64,000 nucleotides of DNA from the human T2T-CHM13v2.0 reference genome, Homo sapiens. Below the pieces are notes generated by a model, which searched no databases, was not told where the DNA came from, and worked only from the letters and a program-made list of their open reading frames with translations. Positions 50,679 through 64,000 of this stretch are shown piece after piece; within the stretch, counting starts at the first letter, position 1, and every line of letters begins with the position of its first letter. A program made the position numbers and the translations under genes. The stretch spans positions 43,488,001-43,552,000 of the forward strand of contig CP068257.2 in the NCBI GenBank assembly GCA_009914755.4, read 5' to 3'.

Positions 50679-51613
50679 GTTCCAGCAGCACTGATGTGAA
50701 GGAAAACCGCAATCTGGACAACGTGTCCCCCAAGGATGGCAGCACACCTGGGCCTGGCGAGGGCTCTCAGCTCTCCAATGGGGGTGGTGGTGGCCCCGGC
50801 AGAAAGCGGCCCCTGGAGGAGGGCAGCAATGGCCACTCCAAGTACCGCCTGAAGAAAAGGAGGAAAACACCAGGGCCCGTCCTCCCCAAGAACGCCCTGA
50901 TGCAGCTGAATGAGATCAAGCCTGGTTTGCAGTACACACTCCTGTCCCAGACTGGGCCCGTGCACGCGCCTTTGTTTGTCATGTCTGTGGAGGTGAATGG
51001 CCAGGTTTTTGAGGGCTCTGGTCCCACAAAGAAAAAGGCAAAACTCCATGCTGCTGAGAAGGCCTTGAGGTCTTTCGTTCAGTTTCCTAATGCCTCTGAG
51101 GCCCACCTGGCCATGGGGAGGACCCTGTCTGTCAACACGGACTTCACATCTGACCAGGCCGACTTCCCTGACACGCTCTTCAATGGTTTTGAAACTCCTG
51201 ACAAGGCGGAGCCTCCCTTTTACGTGGGCTCCAATGGGGATGACTCCTTCAGTTCCAGCGGGGACCTCAGCTTGTCTGCTTCCCCGGTGCCTGCCAGCCT
51301 AGCCCAGCCTCCTCTCCCTGTCTTACCACCATTCCCACCCCCGAGTGGGAAGAATCCCGTGATGATCTTGAACGAACTGCGCCCAGGACTCAAGTATGAC
51401 TTCCTCTCCGAGAGCGGGGAGAGCCATGCCAAGAGCTTCGTCATGTCTGTGGTCGTGGATGGTCAGTTCTTTGAAGGCTCGGGGAGAAACAAGAAGCTTG
51501 CCAAGGCCCGGGCTGCGCAGTCTGCCCTGGCCGCCATTTTTAACTTGCACTTGGATCAGACGCCATCTCGCCAGCCTATTCCCAGTGAGGGTCTTCAGCT
51601 GCATTTACCGCAG
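50679..51613 (+). CDS. ADARB1: ADARB1 large coding exon (935 nt): N-terminal region, dsRBD1, linker, dsRBD2.
   Basis: Acceptor caccacag|GTTCCAGC and donor CCGCAG|GTGAGG. Translation [21 protein letters not shown]...[64 protein letters not shown]...[63 protein letters not shown]...LHLPQ. Contains two dsRBM signatures (K-K-x-A-K motifs). Corresponds to the ORF-track entry 50696..51715. Confidence 0.95.
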
Positions 51614-54012
51614 GTGAGGAACTATGCTGCTGCTTTAAAACACGGGGTCATTGCTCTTGGTAATGCTTCTAGACAGCATTTTAGTTTCAGGATTACTGTT
51701 GACTTTCCACCTTGACATCACTCTGTCCCCACCAGGAGGAGTTACTGGTAAGTCTGGCTGCTTGATTTCCATGGCCATGTGGCCACTGAGAAGCCGTCTG
51801 CATCCTAGTGCATGCTGGGTCTGTCGCAATGCAAGGCAGGGACACCTGAGACCCCGTCCACCAGAGCAGTGTTTACAACACTATCCATAACTCCCTTCCC
51901 GTTAGGCAACCCCCCCATGACCCTCATCCCACAGCAAGCCTTTAGCAGGAGAGACGGAAGAAGAGCCCAGTCTTTGAAACCTTGCCCCCAGTTCAGCACC
52001 ATTTTCCTTTAAAGGTCTCATCCAAGAATCTCACATTCAAGATAAGTGACACCAGCCCGTCAGCAGCTGAAAACCCAAGTCTGGGTCAAGATGGCAGCCT
52101 CTGGGCTCCCACATGACTGGCTGGTGGCTGTTTGCTGTTCCTAAGCCGAGGAGCCCATCAAAGCAGCGAATGAGCCAGCACAGCAGTGAGCACCTATCAG
52201 AGCGCAGGGAGGGAGGGGCCTCCAACAACTGTTCTAGGGCCTGCCAGTTGCCTGGGAGTCTCTACTTTGAATTTCCTACATGGGCTGTATGAGGACTTCC
52301 CCGCATGCCCAGGCTGGAGGTGGACAGCCACCCTTCCATTTGACCTCCCCAGCGCAGTGAAATCAGGATGAAGGAAGGGGAAGTTCCAGGGTGGGCTTAG
52401 ATTGGCTTACGTGAAAGAGAAAAAGTAAAGGAGAAAATCACCTTTAGTTCTCATCTCTAAATCCTAAAACTCTCTGATTATGTATTCCTTCTTTTCTTGG
52501 AAATCCAAAGTTCTTCTGGTCTATTGCAAAAGTTATTTTTTTGACCCTCTATTCATTTATTACTTTGTATCAGAGTCTTCTTCACTTTGAAGATAACATG
52601 TATACTACCCTTGACCACAAGACTTGAAGGTGGCTTGTGTTCCCCTGGAAGAATCCAAGTGTCTTATAGTTTCTTTTTTGCTGTTGGCTACAATTAGAAC
52701 AACCTCTGTGCAGTTGTAGTCTGAGATGACCAGGAGTTCTGTTTTAAAGGAAGGAAATGTATTTTATTTTGCCTAAAGGAATCAAATGCAACATCAGTAT
52801 AAAATAATATATTCAAGGTATTTCACTGATTTTTTTAACGAACCAAATACTTGCTTCCCTTATTAACCTGTCGTCAACATTGTTTATAAGGATTATTAGT
52901 CCATTTGTACTTTAACAAATCAGTGCTACTAGATCCCATGTGATTTTTTATTTTCAGGATTACTCTTTGCTAAAATATTAAAGCCTGAGTTCAAAATATT
53001 GTCTGATGTGACTTGTCTTCCCTTAATATTGACAGAGTGGCATATAAGACCATTGAAATGACATCAAATGCCGTGGATCCCAGATGTCTGAACCTTCAGT
53101 GTGTAGGCTAGGAGCACCTTAGGCGGACGCAGATCGAAGTGCCAGTAGAGATATCACCCCTGCCTCCCTGGCTTGGCTGTGCGCCTGCAGTGACTTCTGT
53201 GTGGAGCATGACCAGAGCCCCTGGCTTGGGAAGGCTGGAGGGACATCTGTTGGGCTCCAGCCTGGGGAGGGGTGCAGGTGGGCAGGGCTGCCTCAGCCCC
53301 CTGACGCCACGTTCCTCTGGGCTCTGTAGGTGCTGAACACCAGGCTCTAGGCCTCATGTCCAGAACCACTAGGGCATGAGGGCATGGAGCTGCACTTCGA
53401 GTCTCTGCCGGAGTGGAACCTGCCACCTTGTGTCTTTGGAGCCCCCAGGATAGCCCCGGAATGTGACGTGTTCCTTGTAGGACCCGGGTGGCCCTCCCAG
53501 AAGCAGTCCTTAGGGCTTTGTTGGTGGGCTCTATTGTCTTTCAACAGGAAATTTCCAAATGTGCATTCTAGGATGGGTGGAAAACCCTCACTCTTTTTCT
53601 AGAGTAACCCTTGAAGGACGTAGGTCAGTCATCCCTGCGTGTCACTGCAGGTAAATGGTGCTGCCTGGGACTGTGTGGCATGGGTTTAACTCTTAAGAGC
53701 ATTTTTTTTGTTCTTATATCTGTCCCCCAAATTAAGAGGGAAGTCCTTCATTAACCATACAGGTTAATGAGACCAGTAATCCCCTCAACGGGGTGCTGAG
53801 CCCTGGCCATGTGCCTCAGATGTCTGCGTTAACAAGCATCAGCCCCAGCACCAGACCTTCAGAGTGAGGCTCTCGGAACTCACTCTGAAGTTAAAGTTCT
53901 TCGCCTCTCTTTGAAAGTTTGGAGATTCGCCTAATCTTACATGAAATGGAAACTTTTATTTCCTCTGGCTTATCCCTAATCTTCTTATGACTTTTTCTTC
54001 TCTGTAAACTCG

Positions 54013-54085
54013 AATGAATCGCCCTTTCCCTCTGGCACCCTGGCCAATTGGAATGCGTCGCCCCTTCCCTCTGGCACCCTGGCCA
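54013..54085. repeat. 38-bp tandem duplication in an ADARB1 intron: gaatg(aa/cg)tcgccc(t/c)ttccctctggcaccctggcca.
   Basis: Copies at 54013-54047 and 54051-54085. Confidence 0.75.
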
Positions 54086-55277
54086 CGTCCTGTGTTTCTG
54101 TCACAGCCTCAGTTCCTCGCGTCCGCTCACCCCTGCATTGCAGATGCCGCTGCCTGCGGGTGCATGGATCCCTGCCACCAAAGCCTCTGTCCATTCTCCA
54201 CATGACTTGTCTTGAACACTGTCCTCTGGGGCTCACTGATACTTGCTGGTGCAATGATAAGAGAAAAACATCCTGACAACTATCTTTTCTACTCATTTCA
54301 GAAATATTTTATTAAGGACCAACCTGGGGATGCTGGGTTTTCCTAGTAGTCATTTGATTTTCCAGACAAGTGTGAAATTGGTGGGACATGAGTTGAAACT
54401 GGCTCTTAACACCCACCTCCCAGCAGACATCATTTCCCAAAATGCCATGGGCTCATTATATCCAAGATAAATCATAAGCCATAAGACCATGTCCAAAATC
54501 CAACAAATACATCTGTTCTCAGAAGCACTTTAATACAGATGTCTGTCTGACCTGAGCATATACCTGTGCAGGTGTTCCGAACGTCTAAGCGCTTTCCCTC
54601 CCCGTGCTGTTCTCTGGTACATGATTCTATCGTACCGTCTGGGCGAGTGAGCGGAGTCAGAGTGCATTTGTGTGGAGAGGCTGGAATGACTGAGAAGCCT
54701 CTCGGTGGCGCCTTTGAGGGAGGTGCTGTGCACAGCTTGTGGCTTCTTTCACTGGATCGCATCTCCAAGCTGCCCCTTTCTCTTGCCTTTGATTTTGCAC
54801 ATCATCCTGGGCTGTGCTCCCAGCTGTGTGTGGCCCTGGAGCTGACTGAGCCACACCGTGTGTGCATGTGAGAGAGGGCAAGGGGGGTGGGAGGGCCATA
54901 CTAGGTGGGCGTAGGCGTGGGCAGGTGGCCCTGAGCAGGCAGCTTTGCCTGTTTGCCTCGGTTTCCTCCTGAGGGCCGGGCTGGCCTGCGGTGAGGATTG
55001 GAGGGATGCTCATGTGTGGTGCCCACACTCCACACTGGCCCCACGCGGGTGGCGAAGGACTCAGCCAGAGCCTGGCAGGATCCTGGGGTGTCTATTTCCA
55101 AGGAATGTTCTGGAAGAAACATACACACATACTTGTTTGCCAGATTTACCTGTGTGGTTTTCCAGATGAGAAGCAGCCTGTGTCACTCCATAAGGGAGAG
55201 TGCGTGCAGCATTGAGAGAGTGAGCCCTGCTCCCAGCTGCATCTGGCCCCTAACCTGCATCTGTGCTTCCCACACAG

Positions 55278-55392
55278 GTTTTAGCTGACGCTGTCTCACG
55301 CCTGGTCCTGGGTAAGTTTGGTGACCTGACCGACAACTTCTCCTCCCCTCACGCTCGCAGAAAAGTGCTGGCTGGAGTCGTCATGACAACAG
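55278..55392 (+). CDS. ADARB1: ADARB1 coding exon (115 nt): VLADAVSRLVLGKFGDLTDNFSSPHARRKVLAGVVMTT(G).
   Basis: Acceptor cccacacag|GTTTTAGC and donor ACAACAG|GTAACC. In phase with the previous and next exons. Confidence 0.93.
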
Positions 55393-56523
55393 GTAACCAT
55401 CTTGGTGTTGTATGTAACCCTGCCTGTTTTCATGTCTGACAAATGTGAAATGTTCTCAATCGACAAAAACCACTGTGCCACACCGACGGGAGATGGTTAC
55501 TTCTTTTCTTCTTCAAAATGTCTGCCATATGCAAGTTTACGAACTGCACTTACAAGCTTTTTTCCCAAAATGTTCATCTTTTTAACCTAAGTTTGTTTTA
55601 TCTGGAGAAAGCACACTATATTAATATTTGATTCCTGTCATCTTCATCCTGTGAATGGCCTCAATCTGCTCTGGAAGATGGCAAGGGGCTTACTAATTCT
55701 TCCTTTATTTGAAAGTAGAGCCTATCTATTGTATCAGTTAATGTTAACGATGCCAGATAAGTTTCAGTGTGACTTCCTTTGAGGAGGGAGAGAGCTCTAG
55801 CAAGAGTAGAAAATCCGTGGGGAAAAAAAGCACAATTTAGAACGATAGAAGAAACCCTATTAAATTAGTCTAGAAGTTCCCAGTAGCAAAAGGAACCCCC
55901 GAGTCCTCTCCCCACATCCCGCGAGTGAGAACACGCAGCAGCATCTCTGTGGGTAGCTCCTGGGAAGGGAAGCCACATCCTTGGCCAGTGTCTGGCACCC
56001 CAGGGTGGAGCAAGACTCAGGGAGAGGACCCCTGTCATGTGGGGCCGTCTCTGTACCCAGCATCTGCTCAGCCCAGCCTGGACAGCCAGATGCAGGAAGC
56101 AGACCCTAGAGGTCAGGGAGGAAGCTGGGGACAGTTTCTCTGTCTACATCCACCAGCCCAGGAGAAACCCCCAGTTCTCGGTATGTGACTTTCTTGTTCT
56201 TTCCCCCTGCGGGGTCACCTCTATCAGACTCTGCAGCCCTCTTCACTGACCCACCTCTTGCTGCCCTAGGAAACCTGGCTGCTCTGCTCATGACCATTGT
56301 TTCCTTGCCGTGCCGTGTCCAGGGAGGAGGAAGCACCCGAACAGCAGCTTCTATTCTAATGTTTTGTACCTGTATCTTCTCCCCCTTTTACCTCTCTCCT
56401 TACTGCTATCTTTTACATTAATCAAAGGTGAACACCACAACGACTGAATAGAATAGTTCCCTAGGTAAGACTCCCTGCCTCTTCCAGCAGCATGGGTGAG
56501 TGAGCTGGTCATGTTCTTTCATC

Positions 56524-56565
56524 GTTTTGTTGTTGTTGTTGTTTTGTTTTTGTTGTTGTTGTTTT
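56524..56565. repeat. (GTT)n microsatellite, interrupted.
   Basis: gttgttgttgttgttttgtttttgttgttgttgtt. Confidence 0.85.
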
Positions 56566-57532
56566 TAACGACCTTAGAAGAGGCCGATCACCTTCTGGGA
56601 ACACCTTACATCTTAGTGTGTATTTCACCTGAGACCACTTGCTCAGAGCCATAGTTTACATCTGAAGCCAGGACGCTGGAGCACTTGGCACTCCAGACAG
56701 CTGGTTCAGGGGGCTCCCGCTGGTTGAGTGGCCTTGGGCAGGTTACAAGGCCTCTGTGCCTCAGTTCCCTCATCTATACAGTGGAGACATTAGTAGCATG
56801 AGCCTCAGAGGACATCGTGGGAATGCAGTGAGGACAATTTACCTAACAGACCTGGTGCTTACCTGCCACATGGTGTGCACACCGTTGGTTCAGCTGCAGT
56901 GGATGCGAGTTTCCCGGCAGGTGACTTCCAGGGTCCTGGCATCACACCTCTGGTCAGTGGTTTATCTCACAAAGTTGAGACGGAGTGATCTGTCTGTGGG
57001 AGTTCACCACTGCTTGTGATTTCACTCCGAGTGTGGTTAATGGTGACAGTTTACTAATGAAAACATCACAAGTTAATTCTGTTTTCCTTCTTATTCCTCT
57101 GGGTGCCGTTAACCCCTCCTTCCTAATCTCTTCAGTACTTTGATATTTGATGTCAAGATTAATTACCAGACCAGTTAGTCCACCTTTCCATAGTGTTGCC
57201 CAGCTGTGTTCTAGTTGTGGGCATTCAAGAAAAGATGCTATTGCATACCAGAGGAAATGACTTCCTTGAGTTTAGTGTCTGGACACTAAGCAATGACGAT
57301 GGTTGGCTTTCCAGAAATGTCACAAAGTGAGTCCTCAATAGGAGGTTGTTTGCGTGTATACATTTGCCCACTTAAAAAATAGGTGGTAAGAATATGCATG
57401 AAGATGAGCTTGAAAAGTCTGTTGGCCCCTGAAAAGTTAAGTCACTGAGAATAAGAGTCAGACTTCAGGAGCACAGTTAGGCAAACATTACTGTGAATTA
57501 CAGAAAATAGTGTCTCTTTTTTTTTTTTTCAG

Positions 57533-57701
57533 GCACAGATGTTAAAGATGCCAAGGTGATAAGTGTTTCTACAGGAACAAAATGTATTAATGGTGAATAC
57601 ATGAGTGATCGTGGCCTTGCATTAAATGACTGCCATGCAGAAATAATATCTCGGAGATCCTTGCTCAGATTTCTTTATACACAACTTGAGCTTTACTTAA
57701 A
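57533..57701 (+). CDS. ADARB1: ADARB1 deaminase-domain exon (169 nt), including the CHAE zinc/catalytic motif: (G)[55 protein letters not shown](N).
   Basis: Acceptor ttttttttttttcag|GCACAG and donor TTAAA|GTAAGT. HAE motif present. Confidence 0.93.
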
Positions 57702-58309
57702 GTAAGTTTAGTAAACAAATAAGGACAGGAAGCTCTTTTTAAAAAATATTCCTCTATTAGAAAACATTGCAAAACCTTTCATTGTTTCTGTAATCATGGA
57801 AAATCTCTCAAAATCATAACTTTAATTAGTAACAATAAGGCTGCATCCCATTCTTCCACAATGCTTAACACACATATGCACACATACATACAATAACATA
57901 ACATGGTCATAAATTTCAAGTCTGTGTTTAAGACCATGTGATTTTGTTGTATGCTGTATAAATAGAAGTTCCCAAACTGCCAGGTAAAGATGGTAATTTT
58001 TATTCTAGTCACCGTTTCTAGAAAGAGCTAGTCATGTATCCAAACTCCTTTTCTTTACAAAGCCATTTTTTGTATGTGGTCTTTCTGTTCTGAAGTCATA
58101 AATTGGAAGAAGGAAAGGTTACTCACATCCTGATGACATATCCATTATTGAGTGACAAGAACTGTATTAATTACCCTAAACATGTAAAATAAATATTCCA
58201 GTTCAAACTTATCTTTCCCTTGTGGAAAATACTAGCCTCTGAAAATGATAGACTAAAATTTAACTATATACAGCTTTAAATGTTACTTTTGCAACTTTTT
58301 TCCTTTCAG

Positions 58310-58458
58310 TAACAAAGATGATCAAAAAAGATCCATCTTTCAGAAATCAGAGCGAGGGGGGTTTAGGCTGAAGGAGAATGTCCAGTTTCATCTGTACATC
58401 AGCACCTCTCCCTGTGGAGATGCCAGAATCTTCTCACCACATGAGCCAATCCTGGAAG
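58310..58458 (+). CDS. ADARB1: ADARB1 deaminase-domain exon (149 nt): [49 protein letters not shown].
   Basis: Acceptor tcctttcag|TAACAAAG and donor CTGGAAG|GTATGA. Contains the PCGDA zinc-ligand motif. Confidence 0.93.
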
Positions 58459-59314
58459 GTATGAGACGAGATTCTTCAACAAGCCAGTTTCTCAAGAAAA
58501 TGTTAACAGATAAAAACTAACCTGTGTTAATATCCCTTTTCCTTTTTTTCTTTTTATTTTTAGACTTGGATGTGGATCTGATAAGAGTCTCTATAAAAGC
58601 ATGGATTTTTTTCTTTCCAATTAACTTAATTAGAAAACTTTAATGAATGAAAAATGCTGATTGTAATTAACCAAGTAATTAGAATGGAGTGAGAATATTG
58701 GATTAAAATTGTATCAGTATTTAAATTTGGGTAATAAATATCTCTAAATCAGAGGTGTATGTGATCCTCCATATTTCTGAGGAATTCTAATTTGCTAAAT
58801 GTGTAATTAAAGTATTTATTTGCCTGATATTTCAGAAGCAGATAAACACTAGTGAAAAGTGAAACCACTATTGTGATCATATTTTTTTCCATCCTTCTTT
58901 ACATTTGAGGTTAGCACTTTTGTTTTTTAGTGTTTTGTATCTACATCCCTTCTCCCAAGCCCTTAGGCATTGTTTATTCCAAATAGAACGTTTTATTACA
59001 TTACTTTCCTTGTTTATAAAAGCAACAGGCATACTCACTGTGGAAAATTGCTAACTATTTTTAAAATATAAGAACATTAAAATCATCCGTATTCCTGTAA
59101 CCCAGAAATACTCACTATGGATGTTTTACCATACTTTCCATGGGTTTATTTCTGCATCTGTCTAGATTTATTTTGGAAATTTTAAAAATATAGAGGAAAA
59201 TAACATGGCAAACACCCAAGTATCCATCACCCAGAATTAGCAAATGTTAGCATTTTGTCCTATTTGCTTCAGTGCATTTTTAATGATAGAAATAAATCAT
59301 TTCAGTTAAAGTGA

Positions 59315-59779
<465 letters not shown>

Positions 59780-59869
59780 TAAATTTATAAGCTATTGTTA
59801 GATGTGCTTTTCAATAAATCAAATAGATGGTTTACTACCTGTGGGGTTTTAACTCTTTTTCTCTCTTAG

Positions 59870-60038
59870 AACCAGCAGATAGACACCCAAATCGTAAAGC
59901 AAGAGGACAGCTACGGACCAAAATAGAGTCTGGTGAGGGGACGATTCCAGTGCGCTCCAATGCGAGCATCCAAACGTGGGACGGGGTGCTGCAAGGGGAG
60001 CGGCTGCTCACCATGTCCTGCAGTGACAAGATTGCACG
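59870..60038 (+). CDS. ADARB1: ADARB1 deaminase-domain exon (169 nt): (E)[55 protein letters not shown](R).
   Basis: Acceptor tctcttag|AACCAGC and donor GCACG|GTAAGG. SCSDK motif present. Matches ORF-track entry 59827..60042 in part. Downstream exons are outside the window. Confidence 0.93.
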
Positions 60039-61499
60039 GTAAGGGGCGGGGGCTCCCTGTGGCCACCTCCCTGCACACAGGATTCATCCATACTGTTTGC
60101 CAACCTCCCTTTTCCACAACCATTTGAATTTTGGCCCCATTTCCCACTCAGGTGTTCCACAGTATTCTTTGAAGGACTGAGGTTCTAAACAGGTGCTGCT
60201 GGGACCCCCGTGAGGGGCAGCAGCAGGACCTAGACACAGGAGGCTCCACGCTTCTAACATTCCTATCCAAGCGTCTCAGAGTTTACCACTTATTTTTAAC
60301 GTGGGCTTCTGGGTTAAACTGATGTTTTTAATGGGCTACAGGCCATGACATCTTAAAACTACTGGCTTCTCCTCATTAGTAGTAGATGCAACTTCAGTGG
60401 TCACTTTCATCATTCAGTTAACATTTTAGGTAGTTGATATGTGCATTTTAAAAGTAATGCAAACCCTGTCACAGGCATTGTGTTCTAAGCACAGAGAGCA
60501 TCCCCAGCCATTCTGTGCCTGGGTGTGGGTTAGGCTTAGAGGAGGGCTCTGCAAGCACACTTCTGTAGTCAGCAGGCACCTGGGAGATATTCATCTTTCA
60601 GAGGCCTGTATCCAGAGCAGATTATAGAAAACCCATTTCTTCAGATGGTATCAGTTCCAGTAGTTCTTTGTTTTCATTTTTAAACTAATGTTTATTTGGA
60701 AAAAAAAAGTAACATAAGCAGATGGTAAAAAGCATACAATGATAAAGTTTAAAACCTCCCTCTTCAGAGCCCTCCTGTGGCACCCACAGTGAGTGGGTTT
60801 TGACTGTCCATCCAGAAGCTGTCAAAATTGATGCATACGCATGTGCACGTGCACATCTTTTCATTGTTTGCGTGCCCTTTATGTTGATTTCCTTCAGTGG
60901 GTCTTGTCAGGCAACCTCAAGTACAGGGAGCTGGATTAATCACACATTTTGGGCCATTGCCCACAGCCCAGGTGACCACTGTGATGTGTTTATTTATTAT
61001 TTGTCCTTCCAGTCCACCTCCACACGTGCATATGTCAACTTTGTGTGTGTGTGATGTGGGGGAGGGGGGTGTACTCTTGAAAAATACACAATAGAATTAT
61101 TTGGAGTATTTGTTGCTAATTTACAGAAATGATACTATGCTGTAAATCCTATCTGATTCTTACATTTTCATTCAACCTATATTTTTGGAGCTATTTCTGT
61201 TGCTCTAACCAACAGCCAGTTCACTACTGACTTTTGCAAATCTTCCTTCATAGTCATGGGCCATTTCCTTCATGATGGGACACCCATATTTCTTCTAACT
61301 CCCTTATACATGTAGTCCTGTATATCCTTCAACTTATGCAAACTCCATCACAATATTATAGACTTTGCTAGAGTTTCTTGGGGCATATATTCAGGAGTTA
61401 TGCACATATATAACTTCACAGAATAATATCAGATTGCATCCCAGGGCAGTCACACTAGTTGACACTTACACCAATAGTGCATTAAGTTAGCTTCTCCCA

Positions 61500-63757
<2,258 letters not shown>

Positions 63758-63760
63758 AGG

Positions 63761-64000
63761 TGTATTAGTCCATTTCCATTTTCATTGCTGATAAAGACAT
63801 ACCTGAGACTGGGCAATTTACAAAAGAAAGAGGTTTAATGGACTAACAGTTCCACCTGGCTGGGGAGGCCTCACAATCATGGCAGAATGTGAAAGGCACA
63901 ATTCACATGGCAGCAGACAAAAGAGAGCTAGCTTGTGCAGGGAAACTCCCCTTTATAAAATCATCACATCTCATGATACTTATTCACTATCACAAGAGTA
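63761..64000 (-). mobile_element. THE1-family MaLR LTR, antisense, truncated by the end of the window.
   Basis: tgtattagtccatttccattttcattgctgataaagacatacctgagactgggcaatttacaaaagaaagaggtttaatggact...ggggaggcctcacaatcatggcagaa... Confidence 0.8.

Noticed and set aside
50657-51106. 149-aa and 86-aa ORFs on the minus strand.
   Set aside because: Antisense shadow ORFs of the GC-rich ADARB1 large exon.
51614-51715. Continuation of the exon ORF past 51613 ([11 protein letters not shown]...).
   Set aside because: A strong GTGAGG donor at 51614, and the next recalled ADAR2 residues (VLADAVS...) begin precisely at 55278, so the read-through is intronic.

Overview
This window is human (primate) genomic DNA, not a prokaryotic locus. 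It carries nine Alu SINEs, two antisense L1 fragments, two THE1/MaLR LTRs, and a multi-exon spliced gene on the + strand. The gene is ADARB1 (ADAR2, the dsRNA-specific adenosine deaminase / RNA editase). I identified it from memory of the protein sequence: translated exons reproduce [21 protein letters not shown]...dsRBD1...dsRBD2...CHAE...SPCGDARIF...SCSDKIAR without interruption. I cannot run a database search to confirm this.

The window holds about 46 kb of the large 5' intron. Within it lies a candidate alternative coding exon (26782-26881) that would add a 49-aa arginine-rich N-terminal extension. Downstream are the ATG exon (46563-46637), the 935-nt dsRBD exon (50679-51613), and four deaminase-domain exons (55278-55392, 57533-57701, 58310-58458, 59870-60038). 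Between the last two is the 120-nt Alu-derived cassette exon (59421-59540); the sequence shows a non-canonical GC donor for it.

Other notable elements:
- The 47-nt alternative 3' splice extension upstream of the big exon (50632-50678), whose AA dinucleotide is the ADAR2 auto-editing '-1 site'.
- Three large VNTR/minisatellite arrays: 7860-8848, 15860-16400, and a 2-kb G-free CCAT/CCCA array at 29655-31645.
- Several short tandem duplications and an inverted Alu pair.

All long ORFs in the six-frame track outside the ADARB1 exons are repeat-derived or spurious. The remaining ADARB1 exons lie beyond the 3' end of the window.
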